This document shows positions 11,790-24,189 of a DNA stretch of 64,000 bases, in pieces. Made by a program: the position numbers and the translations under genes. Within the stretch, counting starts at the first letter, position 1. Each line of letters opens with the position of its first letter. The notes below the pieces were generated by a model. The model had not been told where the DNA came from, made no database searches, and worked only from the letters and a program-made list of their open reading frames with translations. Origin of the DNA: Mustelus asterias (taxonomy: Eukaryota); NCBI RefSeq assembly GCF_964213995.1, contig NW_027590469.1:1-64000 (forward strand), in the 5' to 3' direction.

Positions 11790-12530
11790 AGAACAACAGG
11801 ACTGTTACTGTGCAGAATGAGGCCATTGAGCCCATCATGTCTGTGCTGGCCGAAAGGGAGAACAAATAAACTAGCCAGACATTTGGAGCCCATTTTCCAG
11901 CCCTTGCGCCGTAGCCGTGCAGGTTAAAGCACCTGAGATGCAGACGTAATGACCTTTTAAATGACCATGCTCCCTGGTAATTGAGCCCTCGACTTGGGGA
12001 ATGAATTATTTCTGCCTACGTCCCTTCTAATTTTGTGAACCACAATTATGTCACGCCTCAGCCTCCTCTTTTTCTCAGGAGAAAAACCCCTGCCTATCCA
12101 ATCTCGCCTCATGGCGGGAATTTTCAGTCCCTGGCACCATTCTTGTCAGCGTCATCTCTCTCTAGAGCCATTACGTCATTCCTGCAACGTGGTGACCAGA
12201 ACTGAACAGCAAACTCCAAACGTAGCCTACCTAGCGTTTTATACAGCTCCATCATTGCATCACTGTTTTTGCATTCAATATCTCACATAATAGAGGAACT
12301 AATCCGATATGCTTTCTTGATCAACTTTTCCAGCTGCCCGACCATCTACAAGGACCTGTGGACATGCACTCCATGGTCTTGCATTTCCTCAATCCCTCGA
12401 AATCTTCCATTTTATCGACTATTCCCTTGCTTTGTTTGCCCTCCCAAATTCATTGCGTGGCACTTTTGACGGTTGAATTCCATTCGCTATTTCCCTACCA
12501 ATTCAACAAAACCATGGATATAATTCCCAA
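11790..12530 (-). mobile_element. CR1 LINE 3' fragment
   Basis: Reverse-complement CR1 RT C-terminal motifs (GTGGTGACCAGAACTG on the + strand). Confidence 0.7.
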
Positions 12531-12620
12531 ATTGGCAGCTCCGGTGCTAAAATAAAAGCATTAATTTTAATTGTTGTCAGTTGAACCTTCAAGTAACGTC
12601 TAAACTTGTGTTTGTTGAAG

Positions 12621-12926
12621 GCGACATCCCCCCAACCGTTATCCTCACCGTGAGTTCCAGTGAAGAAATCACAAGCAGGAAATTTGCAACCATCGTCTGT
12701 TCAATCATCGATTTCCAGCCAAAGTCAATGACGGTGGAGTGGCTGAAGAATGGGCAGCCCATGGATTCAGGAATTGCCACCTCTCCTGCCTGTGAAGTGA
12801 ACGGAAACTTCTCTGCGAGCAGTCGGCTGACAGTCTCCGCTGGGGAATGGTTCAGCAAAACGGTCTATACCTGCCAGGTCACTCATCAAGGACTCACTCA
12901 GAGTCAGAACATCACCGGATCTCTGG
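12621..12926 (+). CDS. IGHM: IgM Cmu2 exon (DIPPTVILT...[12 protein letters not shown]...WLKNG...YTCQVTH...ITGSL)
   Basis: Acceptor AG at 12619-12620, donor GTAAG at 12927, open frame. Confidence 0.95.
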
Positions 12927-13818
12927 GTAAGGGATGCAAACCGAGGGAAAACAAATCATTCCGCTGTTAATCGGAATTAGAGATTTATTGAAGTTCGTGC
13001 GAAGCATAGAGCTGTCATGTAGTTTGCTGCAGGCGGATAGCGCCTCATTCAGAATTTCATCACATCAGCAATTATTTTTATTCTGTCATGAGATGTTCTT
13101 CATGGCCCATCCCTGACAGCACTTAAGAGTCGACGACGTTGCTGTGGATCTGGAGTCACATGCATGCCAGAGCAAGATAAAGACAGCAGATTTACATTTT
13201 AAAAGGGCATTCGTGAACCATTTACAGCAATGGCTTCATAATGATCGTTAGACTTTTAAATATCGTTTTTTAATAAAATCAAATTTGACCATTTGTGGTG
13301 GTGAGATTCGAATCTATAACCCCAGACTTTTGCCCTAGGTTACAAACCCATTGATAACACCACCATGCCACTGCCTCTCCTTGAAACAATGCGCCCTTCT
13401 ATTTTGAAGTAATATAGTGACCGAGGCGGACTTGATGTCAGCTTCTCCTGACACAGCTGGTAAAATTTGGAGAAACAGTAGGTGTCGGACTGTTTCACAG
13501 GTCACAGCGTAGGGGTAAAATGTTGGAAAGTGCATCCACCCTACTTATAAACCAACGGCCATTAATTTTTCCTGAGTTCAGGATGGTCTATTTGTGTGGG
13601 AATGCTGCAATGCTGATTCATGAGAATGATACCGCTGCTACAATACTTTAATAAAGAGAATAATTTCACAGAGCAACCTGGTTTTCCATTCACCATAGAA
13701 GTTGAAAGGCGATAGTTAGAGTTTGATAACTCGAAGGCGACTTCGTCTCCTTTAGGCTGAATACTGCTGTCCTGCTTCTGAAGGAGAACTCGAGTTGGTT
13801 TTCATTTTTCATTCACAG

Positions 13819-14127
13819 GTCCTTCCCAGTGCCCGGATTCCACAGTCACAATACAACCACCACCAATAGAACAAGTCTTACTCGAGGCGACTGTGACCTT
13901 AACCTGTATCATTTTCAATTCTCCTTCTGGAGTCAACGTGTCCTGGATCCGAGACAGGAATTATTTGAAATCAGAGATTGCAGAAAAGCCTGGAGAGGAT
14001 CCTGACAGCGTGGTCAGCAACTGAAACATCTCGACACAAGCCTGGCTGAGTGGGGCTGTGTTTGACTGCGTGGTGAGCCATCAGGATCTGCCGACTCCTT
14101 TAAGAAAATCCATCCACAAGGAAAGAG
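13819..14127 (+). pseudogene. IGHM: IgM Cmu3 exon with in-frame TGA at 14022-14024
   Basis: [29 protein letters not shown]...VSW...[38 protein letters not shown]; splice sites intact and frame continues after the stop. Confidence 0.92.
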
Positions 14128-14602
14128 GTGAGCTGAGAGATTGAAGCAACAAATGCGTCACTGTGTCTATTTCCAGTGTAAGTGTAATGGTCAATACTTA
14201 GTATTCAGTGCATTACCACTCCTCTGAGTGGTAACTCTGCTAACTAAACGCTCTGGGCCTGTAGATATTTTTGCGTGGGATGTTGATGAATGAAAAGTGA
14301 TCTGAAGAGAATGGTATTGGTTTATGATCGAATAAGTAGGGAGTAGTCTGGTGTGGTGCACAAAACCCAACGCAGAACAGTTGGGCCGAATAGCCTGTTT
14401 CTGTGTTGTAATCTTTCTGAAACTTTCCAGTCTAGCCCCAGTTATTTGACAAAGCGATTGTGTTCCCCTCTCCTCGAAGCAGGAAGTCAAAAATGGAAAC
14501 ATTTAAATTCGAAAGCAAAGCACAATTTTCTGATATCTAACCAGTGTTTTCATTGTTTGCAGAGTTCTCCAGTTTATTGACATTTATTGCAATTTTCTGC
14601 AG

Positions 14603-14994
14603 ATCCAAATCCGCGGAGACCGTCCGTCTCTGTCCTCCTGCCCTCGGCAGAACAAATATCCGCTCAGAAATTCGTCTCCCTCAGCTGCTTAGTGAGAGGT
14701 TTCTCCCCCCGAGAGGTCTTCGTCAAGTGGACCGTCAATGACCAGCCCGTGAATCCCGGGAACTACAGGAACACCGAGGTGGTGGCGGAGAACGGGAATG
14801 GCTCCTTCTTCATGTACAGCCTGTTATCCATTGCAGCGGAGGAGTGGGCCAGCGGCACTTCTTACTCCTGCGTGGTGGGACATGAAGCCATCCCCTTGAA
14901 GATCATCAACAAAACAGTTGACAAATCCAGCGGTAAACCCAGTTTTGTGAACATTTCTCCTGTACTGGTGGACCCCGTTAGTTCATGTCAATGA
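14603..14994 (+). CDS. IGHM: IgM Cmu4 exon plus secretory tailpiece (...[19 protein letters not shown]|[20 protein letters not shown])
   Basis: Acceptor CAG at 14602; internal membrane-form donor G|GTAAA at 14932/14933; penultimate Cys; AATAAA at 15031-15036. Confidence 0.96.
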
Positions 14995-15156
14995 GAATCT
15001 ATTGGTTATATTTCGAGCTGCAAGAAAAATAATAAAGCTTTTTTCATCTGCTTATGAGTTAAACATCCAACCTGCTAATTCATTTTGATTCCTCTGTTTG
15101 CTATGGGCATAAATGCTCCTCCGACAGCAGATACTTACCAGTGTCTTGCCTCCCTA

Positions 15157-15445
15157 TGGCACAGTGGTTAGCATTACTACTTCACAACACCAAGGACCTG
15201 AGTTGGATTCCTGGCTTGGGTGACTATCTGTGTGGAGTTTACACATTCTCCCCGTGTCTTCGTGGGTTTCCTCTGACTGTTTCGGTTTCCTCCCATAGTT
15301 TGAAAGACGTGCTTTTTAGATGCATTGGCCACGCTAGGTTATTCCCCAGTGTACCCGAACAGGCAACGGTATGTAGCGACTAGGGAATTTACACAGTAAA
15401 TTTATCACAGTGTTAACGTAAGCCTACTGTGACACTAATTAAAAA
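15157..15445 (+). mobile_element. V-SINE
   Basis: TGGCACAGTGGTTAGCA A-box head and V-domain. Confidence 0.85.
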
Positions 15446-17607
15446 AGCCATAAAAAATAAACCTCAATCTTAGAGATCCAGCGCTCCAAATTGAGATAGA
15501 GTACAGAATTAAGGTGGATTGGCGCTAATTAATTCAGTGATTACCCTGAGTAAGTTCAGCAAATTTCGTCCAGTTACTGGTTGATGCGAAAACGTTCTAA
15601 TTCCGAGCAACAAATGATTCACTTTTAAATATAGACGACTCGTCAATCCCATCAAAGTTTTGATCATTTCTTCGTTGCAGAATCGCACCCAGTGGGGACT
15701 GGAGTCAGAGCGACACAAGAATAACAACGGAAACTCTCATCCCCAGTCGCAGATAGGGCACTAGGCTGTTCAATCAATCCTCCATCAACTCGCCTGATAG
15801 AGAGGCGAGAAAATTGATTTTTTAACTCACTGTCCCCACTCACCTACCCGACAGAGGGGGAAAAGAGCAATTGTTTACCCATTAAACTCACTGTGCCAAC
15901 AGAGAGAGGGGAAAGGGCGATGGTTAACCCATTATACTCCGCCTCGCCAAGGAGACAGAGTGGAAAGGCACCGCTCCCTATTTCTGTGGACTCAGTTTAT
16001 ATTGGTTCAAAGTCGCTAATGGTAGGATGTATTAAATACTAACAGCCCAAAACTTCACTGGTGTTTGAATTCTTCTGGCTTTTACCCGTTCTATCCCTGA
16101 TGTTCTGAGGACTGCTAATTGAATTGCTTCTTTCATTCAGCTTGTTGTCACATTGCAGCTCACATTACACCACATGAATTCCCAGAAAGAGGCGAATATT
16201 CCATTAATATCCTCTGACAGGGACAGTTCCGGTTCGGTTTAATCAGTAAAACTTGGAGCAATAACAATGATGTTCACGTACTGTCTCACACACACAGAAA
16301 CAGAGATAAACATGCACATATACATCTCCACAAACACAGCACAGACCAGAAGAAAATACAAACATAAACATTAGTAACCCATGCCCCCTCGCAAATTAAA
16401 ACTAAAGCATTCCAATTAAGACTATCTAAACATTGACACGGGTGACCACTCATACACATGCATTAACAAACTCTAACATTCTTCCATAAACACAGGTCAA
16501 CGGATTCTCTGACCCATCACATAAACTCACCAATAAATATTCACTCCCTCACAGTGAAAAGGGGTACACACAGAAGCAGGCACATTAACACACACATTAA
16601 TTCATAGAGATGGATAAACACTAAAATACACACATGGTCAATATATCCACATGATAGACTTAATTTCCAAATAAAACATACTTTAATTTATATATATATA
16701 TGGCAGAACAGAAATTGAATATCGCTGAAAAAAGAAAGATGTTTAAGCTTTTCATCTTGCATTCCCCAGGCTCTTCACAGGAATAATAACTATCACGGGA
16801 ACAGCAATTTATAATTCTTAGGGAGAGAGTGGCGAATGCAATGCATCTAACTGTGCGAGAAGCTGCATGCATTAAAGCACAGCACCCTATTCTTTGCAGA
16901 GATAAATAACACATACAGACATTGTGTTTGTATCATCTGAACAAAATAGGAGACAGCCAAGATCTGATTACTTTCTCAGGGCAATAACTTGACCAATTAC
17001 TGTGAATGTGTCTGCTCTGAACTTAAACAAAGCTTGGCAGTTCACTCTCAGTCAACGTTTAACTGGTACATTCATCATGGAATGTCTCCACTAATCACAG
17101 TCCACTTGTCAACCAACATGTACTGTTTTCTCGTGAAGTATTAATTCTTGCTCCATTTGCGTTTGATGTTTGTGCCATTGCCCTCTGACTACAAGACAAA
17201 AAACGTCAACATATCTCTTTCAAATATATTTATATCGACACCACGGTAACGTAACACATTCTCACACACAGGGGCACACAAACAAAGATTAAAACAGATC
17301 AGTACATCCCCATGTGCACATATACAGAGGCTAAAGCACAAACAAAAATGGAAGGCTTTCAGGAAAATTAAAATTCAGTTGTTTTTACTAAGGGGTCCGT
17401 GCTGCTGTTTCAAATCCTAAAACCATGTTCTCCTTTCGAAACTGACGTGAATAAATTAACTGCCAAATCCAAACAAACAAAGAGTATAATTCTTTCCATC
17501 TGTTATCGATCATCATTTACAGTACCTCAATGAATAACTGTCTGAAGTTATCTCTAAAATCATCCAGGACGATTCGAAGAGCAAAATAAATAGTATCAGG
17601 GCAGCTT

Positions 17608-17925
17608 TGTGGCTCAATCGTTAGCATTGCTGCCTCACAGCTCCAGGGACCCAAGTTGAATTCGATTCTTGGGTGGCTGCCTGTGCGGAGTTTGCGTGCC
17701 TGCATGGGTTTCCTCCAGGAGCTCCCGTTTAATCCCACAGTCCAAAAATGTACAGGTTAATTAGATTGGCCATGCCAAATTGCCCCTTGGCGTCCCAAGA
17801 TGTGAAGGGTATGTGGATTAGCCATGGGACTATTGTGCAGTTATGGAGATAGGGTGGCTAGGTCCAATTTCGGTGAAGACTCGATGGACCGAATGGCCTC
17901 TTCAGCACTGTAGTAATTCCATAAT
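17608..17925 (+). mobile_element. V-SINE (HE1-like)
   Basis: GTTAGCATTGCTGCCTCACAGCTCCAGGGACC head, V-domain, CR1-like tail. Confidence 0.85.
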
Positions 17926-17949
17926 TCTACGACTTGACCAGAGGTCCAA

Positions 17950-19050
17950 TGTGCGTTACTTCAATATTCAAATAGCTGATGTCTGATATTGCCTCTTACT
18001 CCAGTTCCCACTTACTTCTCATATCCTTTATTACCCGATAAACCAAAACTATATCTGCCCCAGCCTTAAAAATATTCAATGATGGGGCATCCACAGTCCT
18101 CTAGGGCAGGCAACTCAGAAGAGTCATATCCCTAAGTGAAGGAATGTCTCCTCATCTCAGCCCTAAACGAGAGCACACCTATTCAAACGCCCGTTATTTT
18201 AAATTCCCCATCCAGAGGTAACAGCATCTCAGTGTCCAACTTGTGAAACCCATTCGGATTATTTTGTCTCAATGTTATCGCCTCCCATTCTTCTAAACTG
18301 AAGAGAATGTAGACCCAAGTTGCTCAGTCCGCGTCAGTTATCTTCAGTCGTTTGGTCTTCATAATATTAGTTACTGATAGTTGGTACAAAATTAAACAAG
18401 ACTAAACGATCGCCTAAGATTAAATAATAAAATATATGTTCAAATACATCTGTTCAAATCCAGTATGAGGAACATATTGGAAGGACGGGTGCGGAATTTG
18501 TAACACAGAAACTAGAAACGGGAGTACGCCTTCGAGCTGCTCCGCCATTCATTTTGAAAATGGCTGATCAACGAATTCAATATCCTGATTCTCGCCCCAC
18601 CCCATATACCTTGATCCATTTAGCCCTAAGGGCTTGAATTCATACATTGTTTTGGCCTCAACTATTTTCTGTGGTAGTGAATTCCATACATTCACCATCT
18701 TCTGGGTGAAGAAATTTCTCCTCACCTCAGTTCAAAAAGGTTTACCTCTTATCCTCAAGCCATGACCGCTAGTTCTGGACTTATCCACCATCCTTCCTGA
18801 ATCTACCCTGTCTCACTCTGTTAGAATTTGATAAGTTGCTATGAGATCCCCTCTCATTCTTCTAAACTCCGGTGAATATAATCTTAACCGACTTAATTTC
18901 TCCTCATATGACAGAACTGCATCCCAGCAATCAGCCTTGTAAAATTTCGCTTTACTCTCTCTATAGCAAGGACATTGTTCGTCAGATAAGAACACCAAAG
19001 CTGCACACAATACTCCAGGTGCGGACCCACCAACGTCCTATATAATTGTA
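17950..19050 (-). mobile_element. Two CR1 LINE 3' fragments
   Basis: Minus-strand translation ...LSYEEKLSRLRLYSPEFRRMRGDLI... Confidence 0.8.
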
Positions 19051-19241
19051 GATTATATTACTGAGAGAGATTAATTTAATAATATATGCATTGACAATTT
19101 TATTAAGCGTTTAAGTTAATAACACATAGGCTTTGAAAAGTATATCAGAGAACAAAATAATACCTTAAGAAGGGAAAATGAATAACCAAAATAATATCCA
19201 TGACGAGAAAAAAAATCTGAAAGTATTCCCTCTCCCCGCAG

Positions 19242-19366
19242 ATTCCACAGAATCCACCTGGATTGAAGACCAGGATGATAACAGCAATATCTGGACAACT
19301 GCTTCGACTTTCATAGTCCTGTTCTTCCTGAGCATGTCCTACAGCGCTGCCGTCACTCTGGTGAAG
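19242..19366 (+). CDS. IGHM: IgM TM1 exon (DSTESTWIEDQDDNSNIWTTASTFIVLFFLSMSYSAAVTLVK)
   Basis: CART-type motif WTTASTFIVLF..S..YS..VT; acceptor CAG at 19241; donor GTGAG at 19367. Confidence 0.95.
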
Positions 19367-19508
19367 GTGAGATGATTCAATCCACCCACATCTGAATCAG
19401 ATAGGAGAGGTTTGAAAAATATCCAGAAGTCTCAATTTAGAAGAGCCTTTAGATAAATGTCTCAAACACATAAAATGGCTGTTGAATTATTTTATTTCTC
19501 TTTTGCAG

Positions 19509-19517
19509 GTCGGGTGA
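19509..19517 (+). CDS. IGHM: IgM TM2 exon (VG*)
   Basis: Polypyrimidine tract plus TGCAG acceptor ending at 19508, GTC GGG TGA, AATAAA at 19569-19574. Confidence 0.8.
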   Translation, partial: VG

Positions 19518-20229
19518 TTGAATTTAGGAAATCTTGTGGTTTTCGCCGTTCACAGTGTGGTGCTGTGGAATAAAAAATACGTTATCATTGTGATCCTCAA
19601 AGTTAATGTGCCTTCAGCGGACAGATTCGAATCCATAACTGAGATAGCAATATCAGCTGGATTTCGTTTTTGTTTCAGTTTAAAATGAATGAGATAATCG
19701 TGTCGACAATATAATTGTAACTTGGAGTTTCACCATTGTTCAAATTAATGTGTAAGTTAGTGGTTATTTCTTATTGAGAATTATTCACCGCCTTTTATGT
19801 GGAGGCCCTGATTTCTTGATTTGATTTGATTTATAGTTGTCACAAGTATTAGCATACAGTGCAAAGTGTTGTTTCTTTCTTTAGTTAATTACAGTTATAG
19901 ACAATTGTCAGTTTAGGCGACAATGTTATGTTCTCACTGTGACGCTCAGTTTGTGTATTCACCTGGGGTCAACTTTAAACTGTATCTTATTGTAAAATGT
20001 TCTCTGTGAAATTTTAAATAAATCTTGAATGACAAATTAAATGACTTAGAAGTTGCTACATGCTGAGCTCCACGGCATAACCTTATCACTCGATTTTCCA
20101 ATCCGAACGCTCCCTCACTCACGACGCCCCTTTCAACCGATAGGGCTTTGTAATTAATCCTGTTTGGATTTTGATCAACCCGACAACACTTCAGTGAAGG
20201 AGCCGCTGCGCCATCCAGTGTCCCAAAAA

Positions 20230-20990
20230 ACAAAGAACAAAGAAAATTACAGCACAGGAACAGACCCTTCGGCCATCCAAGCCTGCACCGACCATGCTGC
20301 CCGAATGAACTAAAACCCCCTACCCTTCCGGGGACTATATCCCTCTATTCTCATCCTATTCATGTATTTGACAAGCCCCTAAAAAGTCACGATCGTATCT
20401 GCTTCCACTACCTCCCGGTAGCAAGTTCCAGGCACCCACAACCCTCTGTGTAAAAAACTTGCCTCGTACATCTCCTTTACACTTTGCCCCTCGCGCTTTA
20501 AACCGATGCCCCCTACTAATTGACTCTTCCACCCTGGGAGAAAGCTTCTGACTATCCACTCTGTCCATGCTCCTCATAATCTTGTCGACTTCTACCAGTT
20601 CGCTCCTCAACATCCGTCGTTCTAGTGAGATTAAACCAAGTTTTTCCAACTTGTCCTCATAGCTAATGCCCTTCATATCAGGCAACATCCTGGTAAATCT
20701 TTTCTGCACCCTCTTCAAAGCCCCCATACCTTCTGGCATCGTGGCGACCAGAATTGAATACTATATTCCAAGTACGGCCTAACTAAGGTCCTATAAAGCT
20801 GCAATATGACTTGCCAATTTTTAAACTCAATGGCCCGGACAATGAAGACAATCATGCTTTATGCCTTCTTGACTACATTCTCCACCTGCGTTGCCACTTT
20901 CAGTGACCTGTGTACCTATGCACCCAGATCCCTCTGCCTATCAATATTCTTAAGGGTTCTGCCAGTTACTGTATAAATCCCATTTGTGTA
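20230..20990 (-). mobile_element. CR1 LINE 3' end
   Basis: [14 protein letters not shown]...YEDKLEKLGLISLERR...FFTQRVVGAWNLLP; (AAAGAAC)n tail on the + strand. Confidence 0.9.
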
Positions 20991-21164
20991 AAGACACCTC
21001 TACATCTGCCTTTTCATATTAAGTGGCAGAAGCAATTGACGAAACAGTCAGCGGGAACACGTTGCTGACTTTATTCAATTATTAATCCGTTACGTTCACA
21101 TATGGGTTTCCATTACAGAGCAGGACTGTGCTGCCTCACAGCCTGACACAATGGAGTATAATGA

Positions 21165-21458
21165 AGCATCTGGTCTTCAGGCTCTGGAAGCAGATGATCA
21201 CAGAACAGTCGATAGTGAAAGCTACCGTCAGCCAAACTGACCCATCCTGTGTTGCAAAGACCAGTATGATGCCCCCTGCACTCGTCAGGGTGGTGGACAG
21301 AACATTGTTAGAAAAGTAGATGCGGCCGACATGGTTGAGGGTGACGGCAATGATGATGATCGGGAAATTGCTCATCGCTATCGGCACCAGGTAGTCGGTG
21401 ATGCACCGGGAGATTCCGTAACGTCCTCGGGATACGATTATAATCACCAACATGTTGG
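21165..21458 (-). pseudogene. Truncated, degenerate exon 2 of a GPR139-like class A GPCR (TM1-TM3)
   Basis: ANMLVIIIVSRGRYGISRCITDYL...SVWLTVAFTIDC is clearly paralogous to the ORF at 47835; same phase-1 acceptor (CTCACAG); DRF motif lost. Confidence 0.85.
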
Positions 21459-22779
21459 CTGTGAGCGATAAAAACATGGAGAGATATCACCGCGCAAACT
21501 CCAAACACCAGCTACTGCCCCATCTAATCTGAATACTTGCTGACAATTCCCTTTGCCAGCTCCAGGTTACAAATCTTCCAAAGCTATTGGTGTTTGTTCT
21601 ATACCCACTGGTGGGTGAAACGTGTCAATATAGTCACCATTCCAATCAGTCCCCGTCACACACAATGCTCTCTGGTTCCTGAATCAATCCAAGGGGCTCA
21701 CTGTGCAGCGGAAGATTATCCGAAACATTTGGTCCCACTGCCTTTATGCAAGCCCATATCAAGCCCCTACTCGCTGATGTGCATTGGCTCCCAGTCTGGC
21801 AACGTCTGCGTTTTAATATCCTGATCCTTTGAATTGTCAATCACCTTCACTGTCTCACCCCTTCCCTCGCTGTTACTTCCTATAACTACCTGAGATCTCA
21901 GCGTATCCACAATCCTGCTCTACTGAGCATCTTTGATATTAATGTCTAGCGATTATGTCTAGTTTTTGAGTATTTCATCTCTGAAATGCTCTCCCTCAAA
22001 ACCTCTGAATTTTCTTCTTGCTTTTGGATGTTTCGTACATGGAAACATAGAAACTAGAAGCAGGAATAGGACAGGGACAATTGCTAAAGATTCAGTGTTT
22101 GAAGTTTCTGGAAGGACAGAACATAACATTGGACTTTAAATACCCGACTGCTGCTCTTCAAACTCTGTACAGGTACATCCAATATCCCCGGCAAGCTCTG
22201 AGATTTTTGATGAAGACATGTAGCTTGGCAATACCGATATGACTCCACATTTCCCAGATAGATTGTCGGCTAATTTACACAAAGGGAACAACACTTTTCC
22301 TTTAAATGTCACTAGAGCTCTTCTTTCTGACACCGTGGTGTATTTCTGTGTCATGGAGCCCACACGGATTTAGCGAACCGCGCACAGAGACCCCAGACTG
22401 GGAGTTCCAGTTAATGATCAGCAGAGGGCGCGCTCAACATGATAAACAGAAACAACAATTCAGTCTCAACAACGAGTGTCACCGAATCATAAAAAAATCA
22501 AAACAAAATATGACACTCAAGAACAGCTGAGCCGCAGTTGGTTTTTAACTTGCAACTATATTAAAAATGCATTGATGCTTAGTTAACAACCCACCTTTAG
22601 TCTTTGCTGATAGTTCGTTGCATGTGTGAATTATTCTCCATCTTCACTCTCCACTTCGAGGTCACTTTGATCAATGGGTCTATTTAGTCAGAGTATTTTG
22701 CTGGCTAAGAGACAAGTTATGTAAAATATATACTTCACAAATGTGTCATAGAACCATAGGACCTGTTTGGGGACTATCA

Positions 22780-24130
22780 AGCACTTGGAACTAAATTAAA
22801 GAACAGGTCCTCAAGGTTAATAATCTCAGGATTCCGACCCGAGCCACATGCAAATTGGCATAGGATTGAGAGAATTCCGGAAGTTAACACGTTACTAAAG
22901 GAATGGTGCGGGAAAGAGAGGTTCCAATTCATGAGGTATTGGCATCAGTATTGGAACAGGAGGGATCTGTACCGTTGGGACTGTCTTCACCTGAACTGAT
23001 CTGGGACAAGTTTTCTAGCGAACTGGATAAATTCGGTGGTCACAAGGACTTCAAACTAACAACGTGGGGGGAAGGGAAGAGTAAAACTACGGGAAATATA
23101 ACGGCTAACAGAAAGAAAGCAGCAGGTTAGCATGTGGAGAGAAGGTTCCAACTACATCGGAAATCAGGGGAAAAAAGTTAATAGAGAGGAGACATGATTG
23201 CTGGATGGACATGACTGAGAATTAAATATCCAGGGGTATCCGGCTGTTTGGAGGGACAGGAAGTTAACAGAAACAGTATCCACGCATCTCTTCAAGAGTA
23301 TTTAAGGATGACGTCAGGGTGGTAATGAGAGATGATATAGGTTCCATGGAAAAAAGGTTGAATCCATTTGGGTGGAAATTAGAAATAGTAAGGAGAAAAA
23401 GGTCACGGATAGGCGTACTCTATAGGCCATCAAATTATAACATCACGGTGGGACGAGAAATAAACAACATATAAACAGCATATAAAACTGGTACAGCAAT
23501 TATCATGAGGGATTTTAATCTACATGTCAATTGGTCAGACCGGGAAATGAGGAAATGCCTGAGGATTTGAACAGGTGTTTAGTGTCGGTCTTCACAGTGG
23601 AAGACACAAAAGGCATGTCAAAAATTGATGACAAGAAGGCTATGGCAGGTGAGGACATAGAAACTAACATTATCACGAAAGAGATAGTGTTGGTCAAGCT
23701 AATGGGGGCTAAAGGTAGACAAGTCTCCTGGCCCTGATGGAATGCAACCCAGGGGACTAAAGGAGATGGTGGGAGGAATAACAAATGCACTCGTGGTAAT
23801 TTACCAAAATTCGGTGGATTCTGGGGTGGTTTCCGCAGGTTGGAAAAGAGCAAATGTGATGCCAGTGTTTAAAAGAGGAGGTAAACAAAAGGCAGGTAAC
23901 AATAGGCCGGTTAGCTTAACTTCTGTAGTAGGGAAAATGCTTGAATCTATCATCAAGGAAGAAATAGCGAGACATCTGGATAGAAATTGTCCCATTGGTA
24001 AGTTGCAGCATGGGTTCATGAAGGGCAGGTCATGTTTGACTAATTTGGTAGAATTCTTTGAGAACATTACGTGCAAAGTGGACAATGGGGAACCCCGTGG
24101 ATGTGGTGTATCTGGATTTCCAGAAGGCAT
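22780..24130 (+). mobile_element. CR1 LINE internal fragments (ORF1 end, endonuclease, RT N-terminus)
   Basis: WKRANVMPVFKRG...NNRPVSLTSVVGKMLESII...QHGFMKGRSCLTNL. Confidence 0.88.
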
Positions 24131-24189
24131 TTGCCTCCGTAACCAACACAGGCAAATGCAAAATCAAATCAACTGTGTGCCAAAATAGT

